Notes: generated by a model not told the origin, from the letters alone. 64,000 nt of DNA from an uncultured Alphaproteobacteria bacterium (GCA_963725195.1 CAVRXX010000030.1:12261-76260); one strand, 5' to 3'. Shown: positions 38,991 to 48,453, numbered from the stretch's first letter. A program made the numbers and translations.

Positions 38991-39698
38991 TCAGACGGCG
39001 AGATAGGCGTCGCGAACCGCCGGCTGCGCCTCGAGATCTTGAAGCGCTCCGGCGAAGCGGACGACGCCGCGTTCGAGAATCACAGCTTCGTCGGCGATCA
39101 GCCGGGCGAAGTGCAGGTTCTGCTCCGAGACGAGGATGCTAAGGCCCTCATCTTTAAGCTCGAGGATCGCCTCGGCCATCTGTTCGACGATGCGAGGCGC
39201 GATGCCCTCCGAAGGCTCGTCCAACATGAGGAGCAACGGATTTCCCATCAGCGTCCGCCCGATGGTCAGCATCTGCTGTTCGCCCCCGCTCATCGCGCCC
39301 CCCGTCCTGCGCCGCATCTCGGCGAGATTGGGGAATAGCGCGTAGATTTTCTCCGGCGTCCAGCGCGGAGCATCGCTGCGCGCGGGCTGCCGGCCGACCT
39401 CCAGGTTCTCCTCAACCGTAAGCTCGGTGAAGATGCGCCGGTCTTCCGGAACGTAGCCGAGGCCAGAACGGGCAATCCGATAGGTCGGCTCAGCGCCGAT
39501 CTCGCGGCCGAGAAAGCGGACGGAGCCTTTGCGCTCGATCAGGCCGACGATCGCCTTGAAGGTTGACGATTTGCCCGCGCCGTTGCGGCCGAGCAGCGCC
39601 GTGACAGCGCCTTTCCGCACGGCGAACGACACGTCGTCGAGAACCTGCGCGGCGCCGTAGCTCGCCTTGAGGCCTTGAACCGAGAGCATGTCCGTCAT
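38991..39698 (-). CDS. Branched-chain-type ABC ATP-binding protein (LivF-like)
   Basis: GRNGAGKS, YVPEDRRIF, MSGGEQQML, LDEPSEG. Confidence 0.93.
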   Translation of the reverse strand: MTDMLSVQGLKASYGAAQVLDDVSFAVRKGAVTALLGRNGAGKSSTFKAIVGLIERKGSVRFLGREIGAEPTYRIARSGLGYVPEDRRIFTELTVEENLEVGRQPARSDAPRWTPEKIYALFPNLAEMRRRTGGAMSGGEQQMLTIGRTLMGNPLLLMLDEPSEGIAPRIVEQMAEAILELKDEGLSILVSEQNLHFARLIADEAVILERGVVRFAGALQDLEAQPAVRDAYLAV

Positions 39699-40465
39699 TG
39701 CGCCCGGCTGTCATGGTAGGTCAGGCCTTCCCCGAGATAGACGGCCTGCACCTCGGGATTGCGTCTGACCTCGGCCGGCGTGCCGTCGGCAATGAGCTGG
39801 CCGCGACTCAGCACGAGGATGCGGTCCGCGTGGCGGAACACGACGTCCATGTCGTGCTCGGTGAACAGCACGCCGAGATTCCTCTCGCGCGCGATCCCTG
39901 CGGAGAGCGCCATCAGCTCCACGCGGTCACGGGACGACATGCCTGCAGTCGGCTCATCCATCAAGAGAAGCCGCGGCTCATTGGCGAGCGCCATAGCGAG
40001 TTCGAGCCGCTTGAGGTCCCCGTAGGCGAGCTCGGCTGACGACCGCTCGGCCTGCGCCAGCATGCCGACGAGCGCCAGCAGGGACTCCGCGCGCTCGCGT
40101 CCGGCGCGGGTCGCAAGCCCCCAAAGCCGCGCGGCGCGGCCAGCGTGCGACAGAAGAACCATCTGAACGTTCTCGATCACGCTCATCGACGCGAACGTCG
40201 CGGTAATCTGGAAGGTGCGGCCGACGCCAAGGCGCCAGACCTCGCGCGGCAGCCAGCCAGTGATGTCCCTGCCGTCGAAGCGGATCGTCCCGGCGTCCGG
40301 CCGGATCTGGCCGTTGAGCACGTTGAAGCAGGTGCTCTTGCCCGCGCCATTGGGGCCGATGAGCGCGACAATCTCGCCCGGGGAGACGCCGAGAGAGACT
40401 CCGCGCACCGCGTGGACGCCGCCATAGGCCTTGGCAAGGTCATGCGCTTCAAGCAGCGCGCTCAT
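39695..40465 (-). CDS. Branched-chain-type ABC ATP-binding protein (LivG-like)
   Basis: GPNGAGKST, RTFQ, LAYGDLKRLE, DEPTAG, EHDMDVV. Confidence 0.93.
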   Translation of the reverse strand: MSALLEAHDLAKAYGGVHAVRGVSLGVSPGEIVALIGPNGAGKSTCFNVLNGQIRPDAGTIRFDGRDITGWLPREVWRLGVGRTFQITATFASMSVIENVQMVLLSHAGRAARLWGLATRAGRERAESLLALVGMLAQAERSSAELAYGDLKRLELAMALANEPRLLLMDEPTAGMSSRDRVELMALSAGIARERNLGVLFTEHDMDVVFRHADRILVLSRGQLIADGTPAEVRRNPEVQAVYLGEGLTYHDSRAQ

Positions 40466-42324
40466 GCCGCGGCCTTCTCCCGCGAGGACGCGACCCGGCG
40501 CGGGCGCAGCAAGCGGATCGAGCCGGCGATCCCCTGGGGAAACAGCAGTACGAGGCCGATGATGACGAGGCCGAGCACGAGCTTCGAATAGTCGGTGTGG
40601 CTGATGAGCCAGATCGACAGAAGCTTGTAGACAACGGCCCCGACGATCGGGCCGGAGACGGTCTCGACACCGCCGAGCAGCACCATCACCAGCCCGTCGA
40701 TCGAGGTTGAGACGCCCATCGTGTCCGGAAAGACGCTCCCTTTGAGGAACGCGAACAGCGCGCCCGCGAGCCCGGCGCCCGCCCCGGCGATCACGAAGGC
40801 CCGCCATTGCATCCGTCTGCGGTCGATGCCGATGGCCTCGCTGCGCAGGTCGGAGTCGCGCGCGGCCCGCAGCGCATAGCCGAAGGGCGAGAAGATGATC
40901 ATGCGAAGAGCCCCCACCGCCAGAACGACAAGGGCGAGCGTCAGCCAGTAGAAATGGGCGGCGCTCGCCGCCCAGGGTGGTGGCCAGACGCCGAGCAGGC
41001 CATTGTCGCCGCCGGTCACGGGGACCCACTGAAAGGCGATCGACCACAGAATCTGCGCGAAGGCGAGCGTCAGCATCGCGGCGTAAACGCCAGAGAGGCG
41101 CACCGCGAACCAGCCGATCACCGCGGCGCCGAGCGCCGCCAGCAGAGGGCCGGCGCCGAGCGCCGGCAGCATTGGCAATCCAAGCATCTTCACCGCGAGC
41201 GCCGCACCGTAGCAGCCGAGGCCGAGGAACGCGGCGTGCCCGAACGAAGCGATGCCGCTAACCGAGACAAGCAGGTGCAGGCTTGCCGCGAACAGGACGA
41301 AGATCGCGATCTCCGTTGCGACGACGAGACCGTAAGGACCGAGCGCGAGCGGCGCCAGCGCCGCCGCGGCGATCAGCGCCGCGGCGATGACGCGGCCGTC
41401 GCGGTCGAGAGGCTTCCACACGCTCACCGCGGCTGCGCCAGACAATCGCGCCGCGCCTTCCCGTCTGCCGAATAGACCCCGCGGCCGGATGACCAGCACA
41501 AGCGCCATCAGCAGGAACACGAGCACGAGCGAGATCTTCGGCAGGATCAGGATGCCGAAGGCGTTGAGCAGCGAAACGAGGATCGCGGCGACGAAGGCTC
41601 CTTCGATTGATCCGAGGCCGCCGATCACCACGACGACGAAAATCTCAACAATGATGCGCAGGTCCATCGTGTGGTCGGCAGCTTCACGCGGCGCCTGCAG
41701 CGCGCCGCCGAGGCCAGCGAGAAAGGTGCCGAGCGCGAAGACGCCGGTGAACAGCCATTTCTGATTGACGCCAAGGGCCGCGACCATGTCCCGGTCCTGC
41801 GTCGCGGCGCGGACAAGCACGCCCCAGCGCGTGCGATGAAGAAGCAGCCACAGAAGCGCGAGGACAAGCGGCCCGAGCAGAATGAGGAAAAGGTCGTAGG
41901 ACGGCACGCGCTTGCCGAGCACTTCGACCGCCCCCGCCAGCCCCGGGGCGCGTGGCGCGAGGAGATCCTCAGGACCCCAGATCAAAAGCACGACGTCCTG
42001 CACGACAAGCGCCGCGGCAAAGGTCGCGAGAAGCTGGAACAATTCCGGCGCGCGGTAGATACGGCGCAGCAGCAGGATCTCGAACAGGGCGCCCAACAGC
42101 CCGACAAGGACCGCGGCCAAAACCATGCCGCCCCAGAAGCCAAACGGCCCCGAGAACCGATCCGTCAAGGTGAAGGCGAGATAGGCGCCGAGCATGAAGA
42201 ATGCGCCGTGAGCGAAATTCACGATGCGCGTTACGCCGAAAATCAGTGAGAGGCCGGAGGCCACCAAAAACAGCGATGCGGCGCTAGCGAGGCCGGAAAG
42301 AAGCTGAACGACGAAAAGCTGCAT
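40462..42324 (-). CDS. Fused LivH-LivM type ABC permease
   Basis: LSLIFGVTRIVNFAHGAF, GGLGSIEGA, SFGHAAF, TGGDNGL. Confidence 0.92.
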   Translation of the reverse strand: MQLFVVQLLSGLASAASLFLVASGLSLIFGVTRIVNFAHGAFFMLGAYLAFTLTDRFSGPFGFWGGMVLAAVLVGLLGALFEILLLRRIYRAPELFQLLATFAAALVVQDVVLLIWGPEDLLAPRAPGLAGAVEVLGKRVPSYDLFLILLGPLVLALLWLLLHRTRWGVLVRAATQDRDMVAALGVNQKWLFTGVFALGTFLAGLGGALQAPREAADHTMDLRIIVEIFVVVVIGGLGSIEGAFVAAILVSLLNAFGILILPKISLVLVFLLMALVLVIRPRGLFGRREGAARLSGAAAVSVWKPLDRDGRVIAAALIAAAALAPLALGPYGLVVATEIAIFVLFAASLHLLVSVSGIASFGHAAFLGLGCYGAALAVKMLGLPMLPALGAGPLLAALGAAVIGWFAVRLSGVYAAMLTLAFAQILWSIAFQWVPVTGGDNGLLGVWPPPWAASAAHFYWLTLALVVLAVGALRMIIFSPFGYALRAARDSDLRSEAIGIDRRRMQWRAFVIAGAGAGLAGALFAFLKGSVFPDTMGVSTSIDGLVMVLLGGVETVSGPIVGAVVYKLLSIWLISHTDYSKLVLGLVIIGLVLLFPQGIAGSIRLLRPRRVASSREKAAA

Positions 42325-42344
42325 CCGCGCTTACCGCAAACGGC

Positions 42345-42364
42345 GCGGAGGCCGAGGCCTCCGC
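42345..42364 (-). terminator. GC hairpin between SBP and permease genes (attenuating or mRNA-stabilising)
   Basis: GCGGAGGC-CGAG-GCCTCCGC, 8-bp stem just after the SBP stop; no strong U-tract. Confidence 0.45.
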
Positions 42365-42371
42365 CTTCCAC

Positions 42372-43572
42372 TCAGTTCTGCGGCCGGAGCTTCTTCACTT
42401 CCTCGTCGCTGGGCATGTAGTCCGAACCTTTGTGGTAGACGGCGTCGACCATCACGCCCTTGCCGTCCTTGAGCGCCGTCTTGCCGACGAATGCGCCCAT
42501 CGTCGACTGATGGTCGATGGCGCGGAAGGTCACCGGCCCGAACGGCGTGTCAAATGACACGCCCTCCGCGGCGGCGATCATCTTGTCGGTGTCGGTCGAG
42601 CCGGCCTTGGCGAGGATCGCCGCTATCCCCTTCATCAGCGAGTAGCCAACGACCGAGCCGAGGCGCGGATAGTCGTGGTACTTATCCTGATAGGCTTTGA
42701 GGAAAGCCTCATGATCGGGCGTCTTGATGTCGTACCAGGGATAGCCGGTGACGATCCATCCGACTGGCGTCTCGCTCTTCAGCGGATCGAGATATTCGGG
42801 CTCACCGGTCAGGAAGCTGACGACCGAGCGGTTCTGAAAGGTGCCGCGGGTGTTGCCCTCGCGCACGAGCTTCACGAGATCGGGACCGAACTCGACGTTG
42901 AGGATCGCGTCAGGCTTGGCGGCGTCGATCGCCTCAAGGACCGGACCGGCGTCGATCTTGCCCTGCGGCGGCCATTGCTCGGCGACCCATTCGATGTCCG
43001 GCCGCTTGGCGGAGAGCAGCTTCTTGAACACCGCAACCGCTGACTGGCCGTATTCGTAGTTCGGCGCGATCGTCGCCCATCGTCTTGGCGGGAAGCTTGG
43101 CGGCCTCGTCCGCCAGCATCGCCGCCTGCACGTAGTTCGAGGGGCGGAGGCGGAACGTGTAGCGGTTGCCCTTGGACCAGGTGATCGCGTCGGTCAGCGG
43201 CTCGCCAGCGACGAACAGCACTTTCTTTTGCGCCGCAAAATCCGCGACCGCCAACCCGACATTGGAGAAGAAGGTCCCGGCGAGCAGTGCGACACCCTCG
43301 TTCGAGACGAGTTCGTTCGCCGCGGTCACCGCGTCGGCCGGCTTGCCCCCATCATCCTTGGAAATGACGACAAGCTTCTTGCCGTCGACGCCCCCCTTGG
43401 CGTTGATCTCCTCGATGGCGAGCTGCCAGCCCTTGCGATAGGGTTCGGTGAATTGCGGCAGCCCCGAATAGCTGTTGATCTCGCCAATCTTGATGTCATC
43501 GGCGCGAGCCGACGCGAACATCGTCAAGGTCGCCGCGACTGCGATGAGGCTTTTCAGTCCGTTTCCGATCAT
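42372..43572 (-). CDS. Liv-type ABC substrate-binding protein, frameshift near 43080
   Basis: Signal peptide, IKIGEINSYS, EEINAKGGV, YTFRLRPS; the second frame gives WATIAPNYEYG...FRAIDHQSTMG. Confidence 0.88.
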
Positions 43573-43641
43573 GGCGGCCCCTTTGGCTGCAGGCTTCGCC
43601 TCGGCGTTCAAAGATTGGGGTCGACGCCAGCGGCGGCAAGG

Positions 43642-43659
43642 TCATTAGTACACGAATGG
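43642..43659. promoter_or_regulatory. Putative MarR (NicR-like) operator upstream of the ABC-enamidase operon
   Basis: TCATTAGTACACGAATGG matches the palindrome at 48436-48453 at 15 of 18 positions. Confidence 0.6.
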
Positions 43660-43920
43660 TAGCCCATCCGCTCCCCTTGGCAAGCCGGAAAATGCGGCAG
43701 GCATCCGGTCATCTGCCGCGGGGATGGGCGCCCTTGGCATGCTGTGCGCAATCATCGGAGCGTCCTGCTTCTGGGTCGAATCGAAGCGGGACGCCCAGAT
43801 CGGAAGATTGTGTTCGTCGCTCCCGGCGATGGAAATCGTCAGGCCCAAGTGAAATCGCTTTTGAGACGGAACGAGCGACGGTCGAGCGCGACTTTTACGT
43901 CGATTTTTATGTCGAATTGT

Positions 43921-43949
43921 CTTGACAAAATCAGAAATATTTGCTATCC
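43921..43949 (+). promoter_or_regulatory. Sigma70-type promoter driving the repeat-containing mini-unit
   Basis: CTTGAC-17nt-CTATCC resembles the rhizobial CTTGAC-N17-CTATAT consensus; orientation is opposite to both flanking genes. Confidence 0.55.
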
Positions 43950-43991
43950 GTTGCCACAGACGGAATCTCTTTCCCGGTCGCCGATAGACGG

Positions 43992-44120
43992 GTGGAAGAC
44001 GAGAAGCCGTGGCTGTTTGAAACGTTGGCCTACAACCCGCCGCGCGAGCCGGGGCGAGGAAGCGATTTTCTTAACTACATCGCCCGCAACCCATTGAAAA
44101 GGCTCGATTCGCAAAAATAA
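43992..44120 (+). CDS. Possible 42-aa small ORF ending in the repeat
   Basis: GTG 43992 to TAA 44120, MEDEKPWLFETLAYNPPREPGRGSDFLNYIARNPLKRLDSQK; weak RBS. Confidence 0.3.
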   Translation: MEDEKPWLFETLAYNPPREPGRGSDFLNYIARNPLKRLDSQK

Positions 44121-44197
44121 GCGCTAGTAAGCGCTAGCCACTTTTACTAGCGTTTACTAGCATTTAGGTGAGTTTTATGCGCGTTTATTGGCGTTTG
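44079..44197 (+). repeat. Dispersed structured repeat, copy 2
   Basis: Homologous to 6210-6317. TAAGCG at 44118 and 44128; CGTTTA-like hexamers at 44141, 44151, 44161, 44172, 44182, 44192. Confidence 0.9.
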
Positions 44198-44318
44198 CTT
44201 TCTCGAAGCTCGCGCGCTGGTTGTCGAAACCAGAGACCATGAGGTCTGCCTCACCGCCTCTCCCCATAGCAGCGCGAGCGGCCGGTTCGTCGCGACGTTG
44301 CCGAACGAACGCGCGCTT

Positions 44319-44804
44319 CTACCTCAGCCTGCCCAAGAGGGCGACGAACAGCGCCTTCTCGCGCTCGGCGAGCGGCGCGAGGGTTTCTCGCGTGATGGCG
44401 TGGGCCGTCGCGACATTCGCTTCGACGAAAGCCCGGCCGTCCTCCGACAGCACAAGCAGCCTGCGGCGCGCGTCCGCCTTGTCGGCCTTGGAGTGGACAA
44501 ACCCCCGCTTCATCAGCCGGTCGACCACGCCCTTGATCGTTGCGACATCCATCGCGGTCATCCGCCCGAGCTGATTCTGCGACGTCGGGCCGATCTCATG
44601 AAGCTTGGCCAGCGCCGCCCACTGTGTCGGCGTGGTCTCGGCGCCCATGCGCGAAGCGAACAGCGCGGTGTGCCGCTGGCTCGCTTGCCGGAGGATGAAG
44701 CCCACCTGGCTGTCGAGCACGTAGTCGCCGGCGATGCGCTCCAATCCATTGGGCGGCGGGTTCGCGCGGTCCTCGTCGGGAGGACTCATGGATCGGACTC
44801 GCAT
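44319..44804 (-). CDS. MarR family regulator (NicR-like)
   Basis: YVLDSQVGFILRQASQRHTALF, TPTQWAALAKL, SQNQLGRMTAMDVATIKGVVDRL. Confidence 0.92.
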   Translation of the reverse strand: MRVRSMSPPDEDRANPPPNGLERIAGDYVLDSQVGFILRQASQRHTALFASRMGAETTPTQWAALAKLHEIGPTSQNQLGRMTAMDVATIKGVVDRLMKRGFVHSKADKADARRRLLVLSEDGRAFVEANVATAHAITRETLAPLAEREKALFVALLGRLR

Positions 44805-44816
44805 GCGCGAGGGCGT

Positions 44817-45401
44817 TCAGCGCAGGCCGTCCTCGCCTTTGATGTCCTTGGCTTCGAGGCCGCCGACGCGAGGCAGTGGCCGCCCGCCTGTTGTGACGGC
44901 GACCGCGACAACGATTTCGTTGGCGCGTGGCGCATCGTTGATGCTGACCTGCATGCCGTCGAAGTGCGAGCGCACGAAGGCTGCGTCCTTGTGGCCGAGC
45001 GGAATGTCAAGTTCGGCGCCGGGGCCGCCCCGTTTCTTCGACGATGGAATCAGCGCCGCACCCTTGCCCAGAGCCTTGCGCACCGGCGCGCCCATCTTCG
45101 GATGCAAGAGCGCCGCGGCATGCTCCATCTCGCCATTCTCGCCGACCAGCGCCGCCTTGCCGTAGCTTTGAGCGTCCTGCCCCTTGATTCCCAGCGCCGC
45201 AATCGCGCGCTCGGAAAGCAGCTTGCCAAGCTGCTCGCCGGTTTCGATCAGGGGTGTGAGATCCTCGACATAGCGGCCCGCGAACGGATTGGCGATGACG
45301 GCGATCGCGGCTGCACGCCGCACGGGCGGCGAGACTGCCCGTCCCATCTCTGTCAGCGTCTCGTCGACGACCGTCACGATCTTGCGGATGTCGAGGCTCA
45401 T
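44817..45401 (-). CDS. DUF1185 / amino-acid-synthesis family protein
   Basis: AVIANPFAGRYVEDL, YGKAALVGENGEMEH, IPLGHKDAAFVRSHFD, DAPRANEI. Confidence 0.85.
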   Translation of the reverse strand: MSLDIRKIVTVVDETLTEMGRAVSPPVRRAAAIAVIANPFAGRYVEDLTPLIETGEQLGKLLSERAIAALGIKGQDAQSYGKAALVGENGEMEHAAALLHPKMGAPVRKALGKGAALIPSSKKRGGPGAELDIPLGHKDAAFVRSHFDGMQVSINDAPRANEIVVAVAVTTGGRPLPRVGGLEAKDIKGEDGLR

Positions 45402-45982
45402 CGCAGTCCATCCTCTCCCTTGATGTCGGAAGCCTTGAGTCCGCCGACGCGCGCGTGAACGCGCGGTCCGGTCGTCATGACGAGCGCGAGCAGAATTTCG
45501 TCGGCGCGCGGCGAGTCGGCGACGCCGATCTCGAAAGCGTCGAAATGGCTGCGCACGTACGAGGCGTTGATGTGCGTCACCGGAACGTCGAGCCGCGCGC
45601 CGGGGACGCCCACCTTCTTCGTCGAGGGCACGATGGCCTTGGCGTCGCCGAGTATCGCACGCATCGCGTAGCCTCCGGGAACGTGCCAGAGCGCCCCATG
45701 TTCGAGCTCGCCCGCGCTGCCGATGATCGCCCCCTTGCCGTAACCCTCGACCGCCTTTGGGTCACGGCAGAGAGCCGCGACGAGATCGCGCGCCATCGCG
45801 ACGCCGAGCGGCTCAAGGTCCTTCATGAATGGCGCGATATCCTCGACATAGCGCCCGGCGAAAGGATTGCAAATCACTGCGAGCGCGGCGCCGCGTTTCA
45901 GCGGCTTCTTCGCAATTGGGCCGCCCTCGTGAAAGATCTCCTCGACGATGGTCACGCGCTTGCGCACGTCTATATCAGGCAT
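45398..45982 (-). CDS. DUF1185 / amino-acid-synthesis family protein (paralogue)
   Basis: NPFAGRYVEDI, YGKGAIIGSAGELEHGA, HINASYVRSHFD. Confidence 0.85.
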   Translation of the reverse strand: MPDIDVRKRVTIVEEIFHEGGPIAKKPLKRGAALAVICNPFAGRYVEDIAPFMKDLEPLGVAMARDLVAALCRDPKAVEGYGKGAIIGSAGELEHGALWHVPGGYAMRAILGDAKAIVPSTKKVGVPGARLDVPVTHINASYVRSHFDAFEIGVADSPRADEILLALVMTTGPRVHARVGGLKASDIKGEDGLR

Positions 45983-46896
45983 CGAGCGTCTCCCTCAAAA
46001 TCACTGTCGACTTGCGGCGCCTCGAGCGCCATGAGGCGTCCGTCGCGGCTCACGGCGCGCGTGACGCCTTGCAGATGGAGCGCAGCGGCGGCGATTGCCC
46101 CTCGGGCGATGAGCGGCCGAGCCGCCGCGAGGCCGCGGTCGAGGGCGAGTGCGATCGAATCCGGGTCGAGCGGCGCGACCCGGCGTGTCACCAGCCGGTC
46201 GCCGAGATCGCTGTCCGGCTGGAGGCTCCGGGCAGGACGCCGCTCGACGCGCGGATCGCCGGGAAGGTCGACGGCGTTCGCGACGACAGTAGCGGCCGCG
46301 TCAGCCTCCGCCGCGGAAGACGCAAGGATCGTAACCGCGTCCGCGACGCCAAGCGAGAAGCTGCGGCCGGGCGCGCCGGAAGTGGCGATCCCCCCAATTC
46401 CATCTGCCGCCGCAAGTCGCACGCGGGCAAACAGGGCCGGGCGGTCGGGCCGGCTGACGAGACCGACTGTTGTCGCCTCGCCCGGCGCAAGCCAAAGCGC
46501 GATGTCGCCGCCGTTGTTGACGGAGATCCGGGCGAGGCCCTCGCCCGTCGCGCCGCGGATGGCGGCGAGGATTTCGTCGGCGACGGCGCCCGCGACGGCG
46601 GCCATCGGCGTGATGAAGGCGTCCTGCGCGTGCGGCGCGACCGCCGCCTCCATCCGCCGCGCGACAAGGCCGCGGAAGGAACGCGGCGCAGCCGTCGCGG
46701 GCGCGCGCAACTCCGCGAGTTCCCCGCAGAGCTCGTCGAGCACCAAGCAAAACCGCGCCGCCGCGGCGCGATAGGCGGCCGCGACAGCCGCCGGCGCACC
46801 GGCCGCTTCGACGATCAGGTCGATCGGGCCGTCCTGCAGGTGCAGTCGCCGCCCGTCGGGCAGCATGCGGAGCTGGGCGCGCTCCGTCCCGTTCAT
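45970..46896 (-). CDS. UPF0280 / ApbE-like protein
   Basis: RLHLQDGPIDL, TPMAAVAGAVAD, VNNGGDIA, IATSG..GRSFSLGVADAVT, ADAAAT. Confidence 0.85.
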   Translation of the reverse strand: MNGTERAQLRMLPDGRRLHLQDGPIDLIVEAAGAPAAVAAAYRAAAARFCLVLDELCGELAELRAPATAAPRSFRGLVARRMEAAVAPHAQDAFITPMAAVAGAVADEILAAIRGATGEGLARISVNNGGDIALWLAPGEATTVGLVSRPDRPALFARVRLAAADGIGGIATSGAPGRSFSLGVADAVTILASSAAEADAAATVVANAVDLPGDPRVERRPARSLQPDSDLGDRLVTRRVAPLDPDSIALALDRGLAAARPLIARGAIAAAALHLQGVTRAVSRDGRLMALEAPQVDSDFEGDARCLI

Positions 46897-46898
46897 GC

Positions 46899-48383
46899 TC
46901 AGGCTTTCAGCTGTTGCTGCGGCGGCTGGACCGGCCATGGGTTCCCGTCGATCTGACGCACATGCTTCGTGGCCCCATCGGTGAGCGTGCTCAACGGACG
47001 GACGTGGTCCATATGTCCGCCAAGCGCGGCGTAGTCGGAAAGCCGCATCGTAAACTCGATCGGCGCGACAAGGGCCGGGGTGGGAACGTAACCGAAGGAA
47101 TTGGCCGGCAGTTGTGTCACGTCGACCATGAAAGTGATGCCGCCGCCTGGCCAAACATAGGCGGGCGCGCCGCCGCAGGTCACGCGGGTCAGCGCTTCCT
47201 TGACCGAACGCGTCAGACGAACCGGGTTCTCTGTGACGCCCGCGCGCAGCGAACCGCCGGCGCCGCCCATGAACATGACCGTCGACAACGCCGGTTCGCA
47301 GTTCTCCTGGATGCGCTCGACCGACAGGCGCAAGGCCTCCGGCAATTCGGCCTCGACTGGCCGCAGCGCCTCATCGAGCCGGTAGAAGCCGTAGTGCTCT
47401 CCCGTCGTCGAGACCATCAGCATGGTTAGGCCTGGCCGCGCTTCCTTCGGATTGAACGGTCCCAGGATCGACAGCGGATCGGAAATGTTGGCGCCGCCCC
47501 AGCCTGTTCCGGGCTCCGCGACCTGAAAGTATCGGCCGGGCGTCGACCGCCGCCCTTTCATCTTGACGCCGGTCGGCGGAATGTCGAGCATCTTGCCGGC
47601 CTGGTGTTCCGAGAGGACGCCCGTGATGTGATCGTCCACGACGACCACCTCATCGACGTGTCCGAGCCATTGCTTGGCGAACATGCCGATCGTCGCCGAG
47701 CCGCAGCCGACGCGCATCCGCTCCTCGCGGACGCCGTTGATGATAGGGGCGGCGCCGGCTTCGACCACGATCGTGACGCCGCCATCGACGGTCAATTCAA
47801 CCGGCCGGCCGTTCGAGAGGCGCAGCAGTGCATCGCAGGTGACGCGCCCTTCCTTCTTCGAGCCGCCGGTCAGGTGATGCACGCCGCCGAGGGAGAGCAT
47901 CTGCGAGCCGTATTCCCCCGTCGTCACGTGCCCGACGGCCTCGCCCTCTGCGCGAACGGTCGATTGCTCGGGACCGAGGTAGCGGTCGGTGTCGACTTTC
48001 ACCTTGACGCCGCAATAGCTGAAGATGCCCTCGGTCACGACCGTGACCATATCGACGCCGTCAACCTGGGACGAGACGATGAAGGGCGCGGGCTTGTAGT
48101 CCGGATAGGTGGTTCCAGCGCCGATGGCCGTGACGAACACGGAATCCTCCGGCAGCACGGCGCCCGACCATTCCGCCGCGTTGCGTGAGAACGGCACGAC
48201 TGTGCCGCCGCGCTCCATCGTTCGCTCGAGTAGGACATGCGGATCGACCCGAACGAGCTTGCCGTCCCGATTGGCGTAGCGGTCGCAGGCCCCCGCCATG
48301 CCAGGGCGGATGTAGCAGGTCACGGGACAGGCGTCGCAGCGCACCTTGTCGTCCGCTTCCGACTCGACCTGTCCGTGGCTCAT
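46899..48383 (-). CDS. hnr: 6-hydroxynicotinate reductase
   Basis: N-terminal CDACPVTC...GACDRY, GAGTTYPDYKPAP, TEGIFSYC, RVGCGSAT; nicotinate cluster context. Confidence 0.85.
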   Translation of the reverse strand: MSHGQVESEADDKVRCDACPVTCYIRPGMAGACDRYANRDGKLVRVDPHVLLERTMERGGTVVPFSRNAAEWSGAVLPEDSVFVTAIGAGTTYPDYKPAPFIVSSQVDGVDMVTVVTEGIFSYCGVKVKVDTDRYLGPEQSTVRAEGEAVGHVTTGEYGSQMLSLGGVHHLTGGSKKEGRVTCDALLRLSNGRPVELTVDGGVTIVVEAGAAPIINGVREERMRVGCGSATIGMFAKQWLGHVDEVVVVDDHITGVLSEHQAGKMLDIPPTGVKMKGRRSTPGRYFQVAEPGTGWGGANISDPLSILGPFNPKEARPGLTMLMVSTTGEHYGFYRLDEALRPVEAELPEALRLSVERIQENCEPALSTVMFMGGAGGSLRAGVTENPVRLTRSVKEALTRVTCGGAPAYVWPGGGITFMVDVTQLPANSFGYVPTPALVAPIEFTMRLSDYAALGGHMDHVRPLSTLTDGATKHVRQIDGNPWPVQPPQQQLKA

Positions 48384-48435
48384 GGCTCGCCTCGCCATTG
48401 GAAGCGCGCGGCGCTTTGCCCAGGCGCGCGCCAGA

Positions 48436-48453
48436 TCATTAGCACACTAATGA
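48436..48453. promoter_or_regulatory. Putative MarR (NicR-like) operator upstream of hnr
   Basis: Perfect inverted repeat TCATTAG-CACA-CTAATGA overlapping the nicB stop codon. Confidence 0.65.

Noticed and set aside
40466-41047. N-terminal extension of the 450-aa LivG ORF
   Set aside because: It is a shadow frame over the permease; the real start is ATG 40465.
43735-43752. Sigma54 promoter (TTGGCAT...)
   Set aside because: The -12 element lacks TTGC and no downstream gene is evident.
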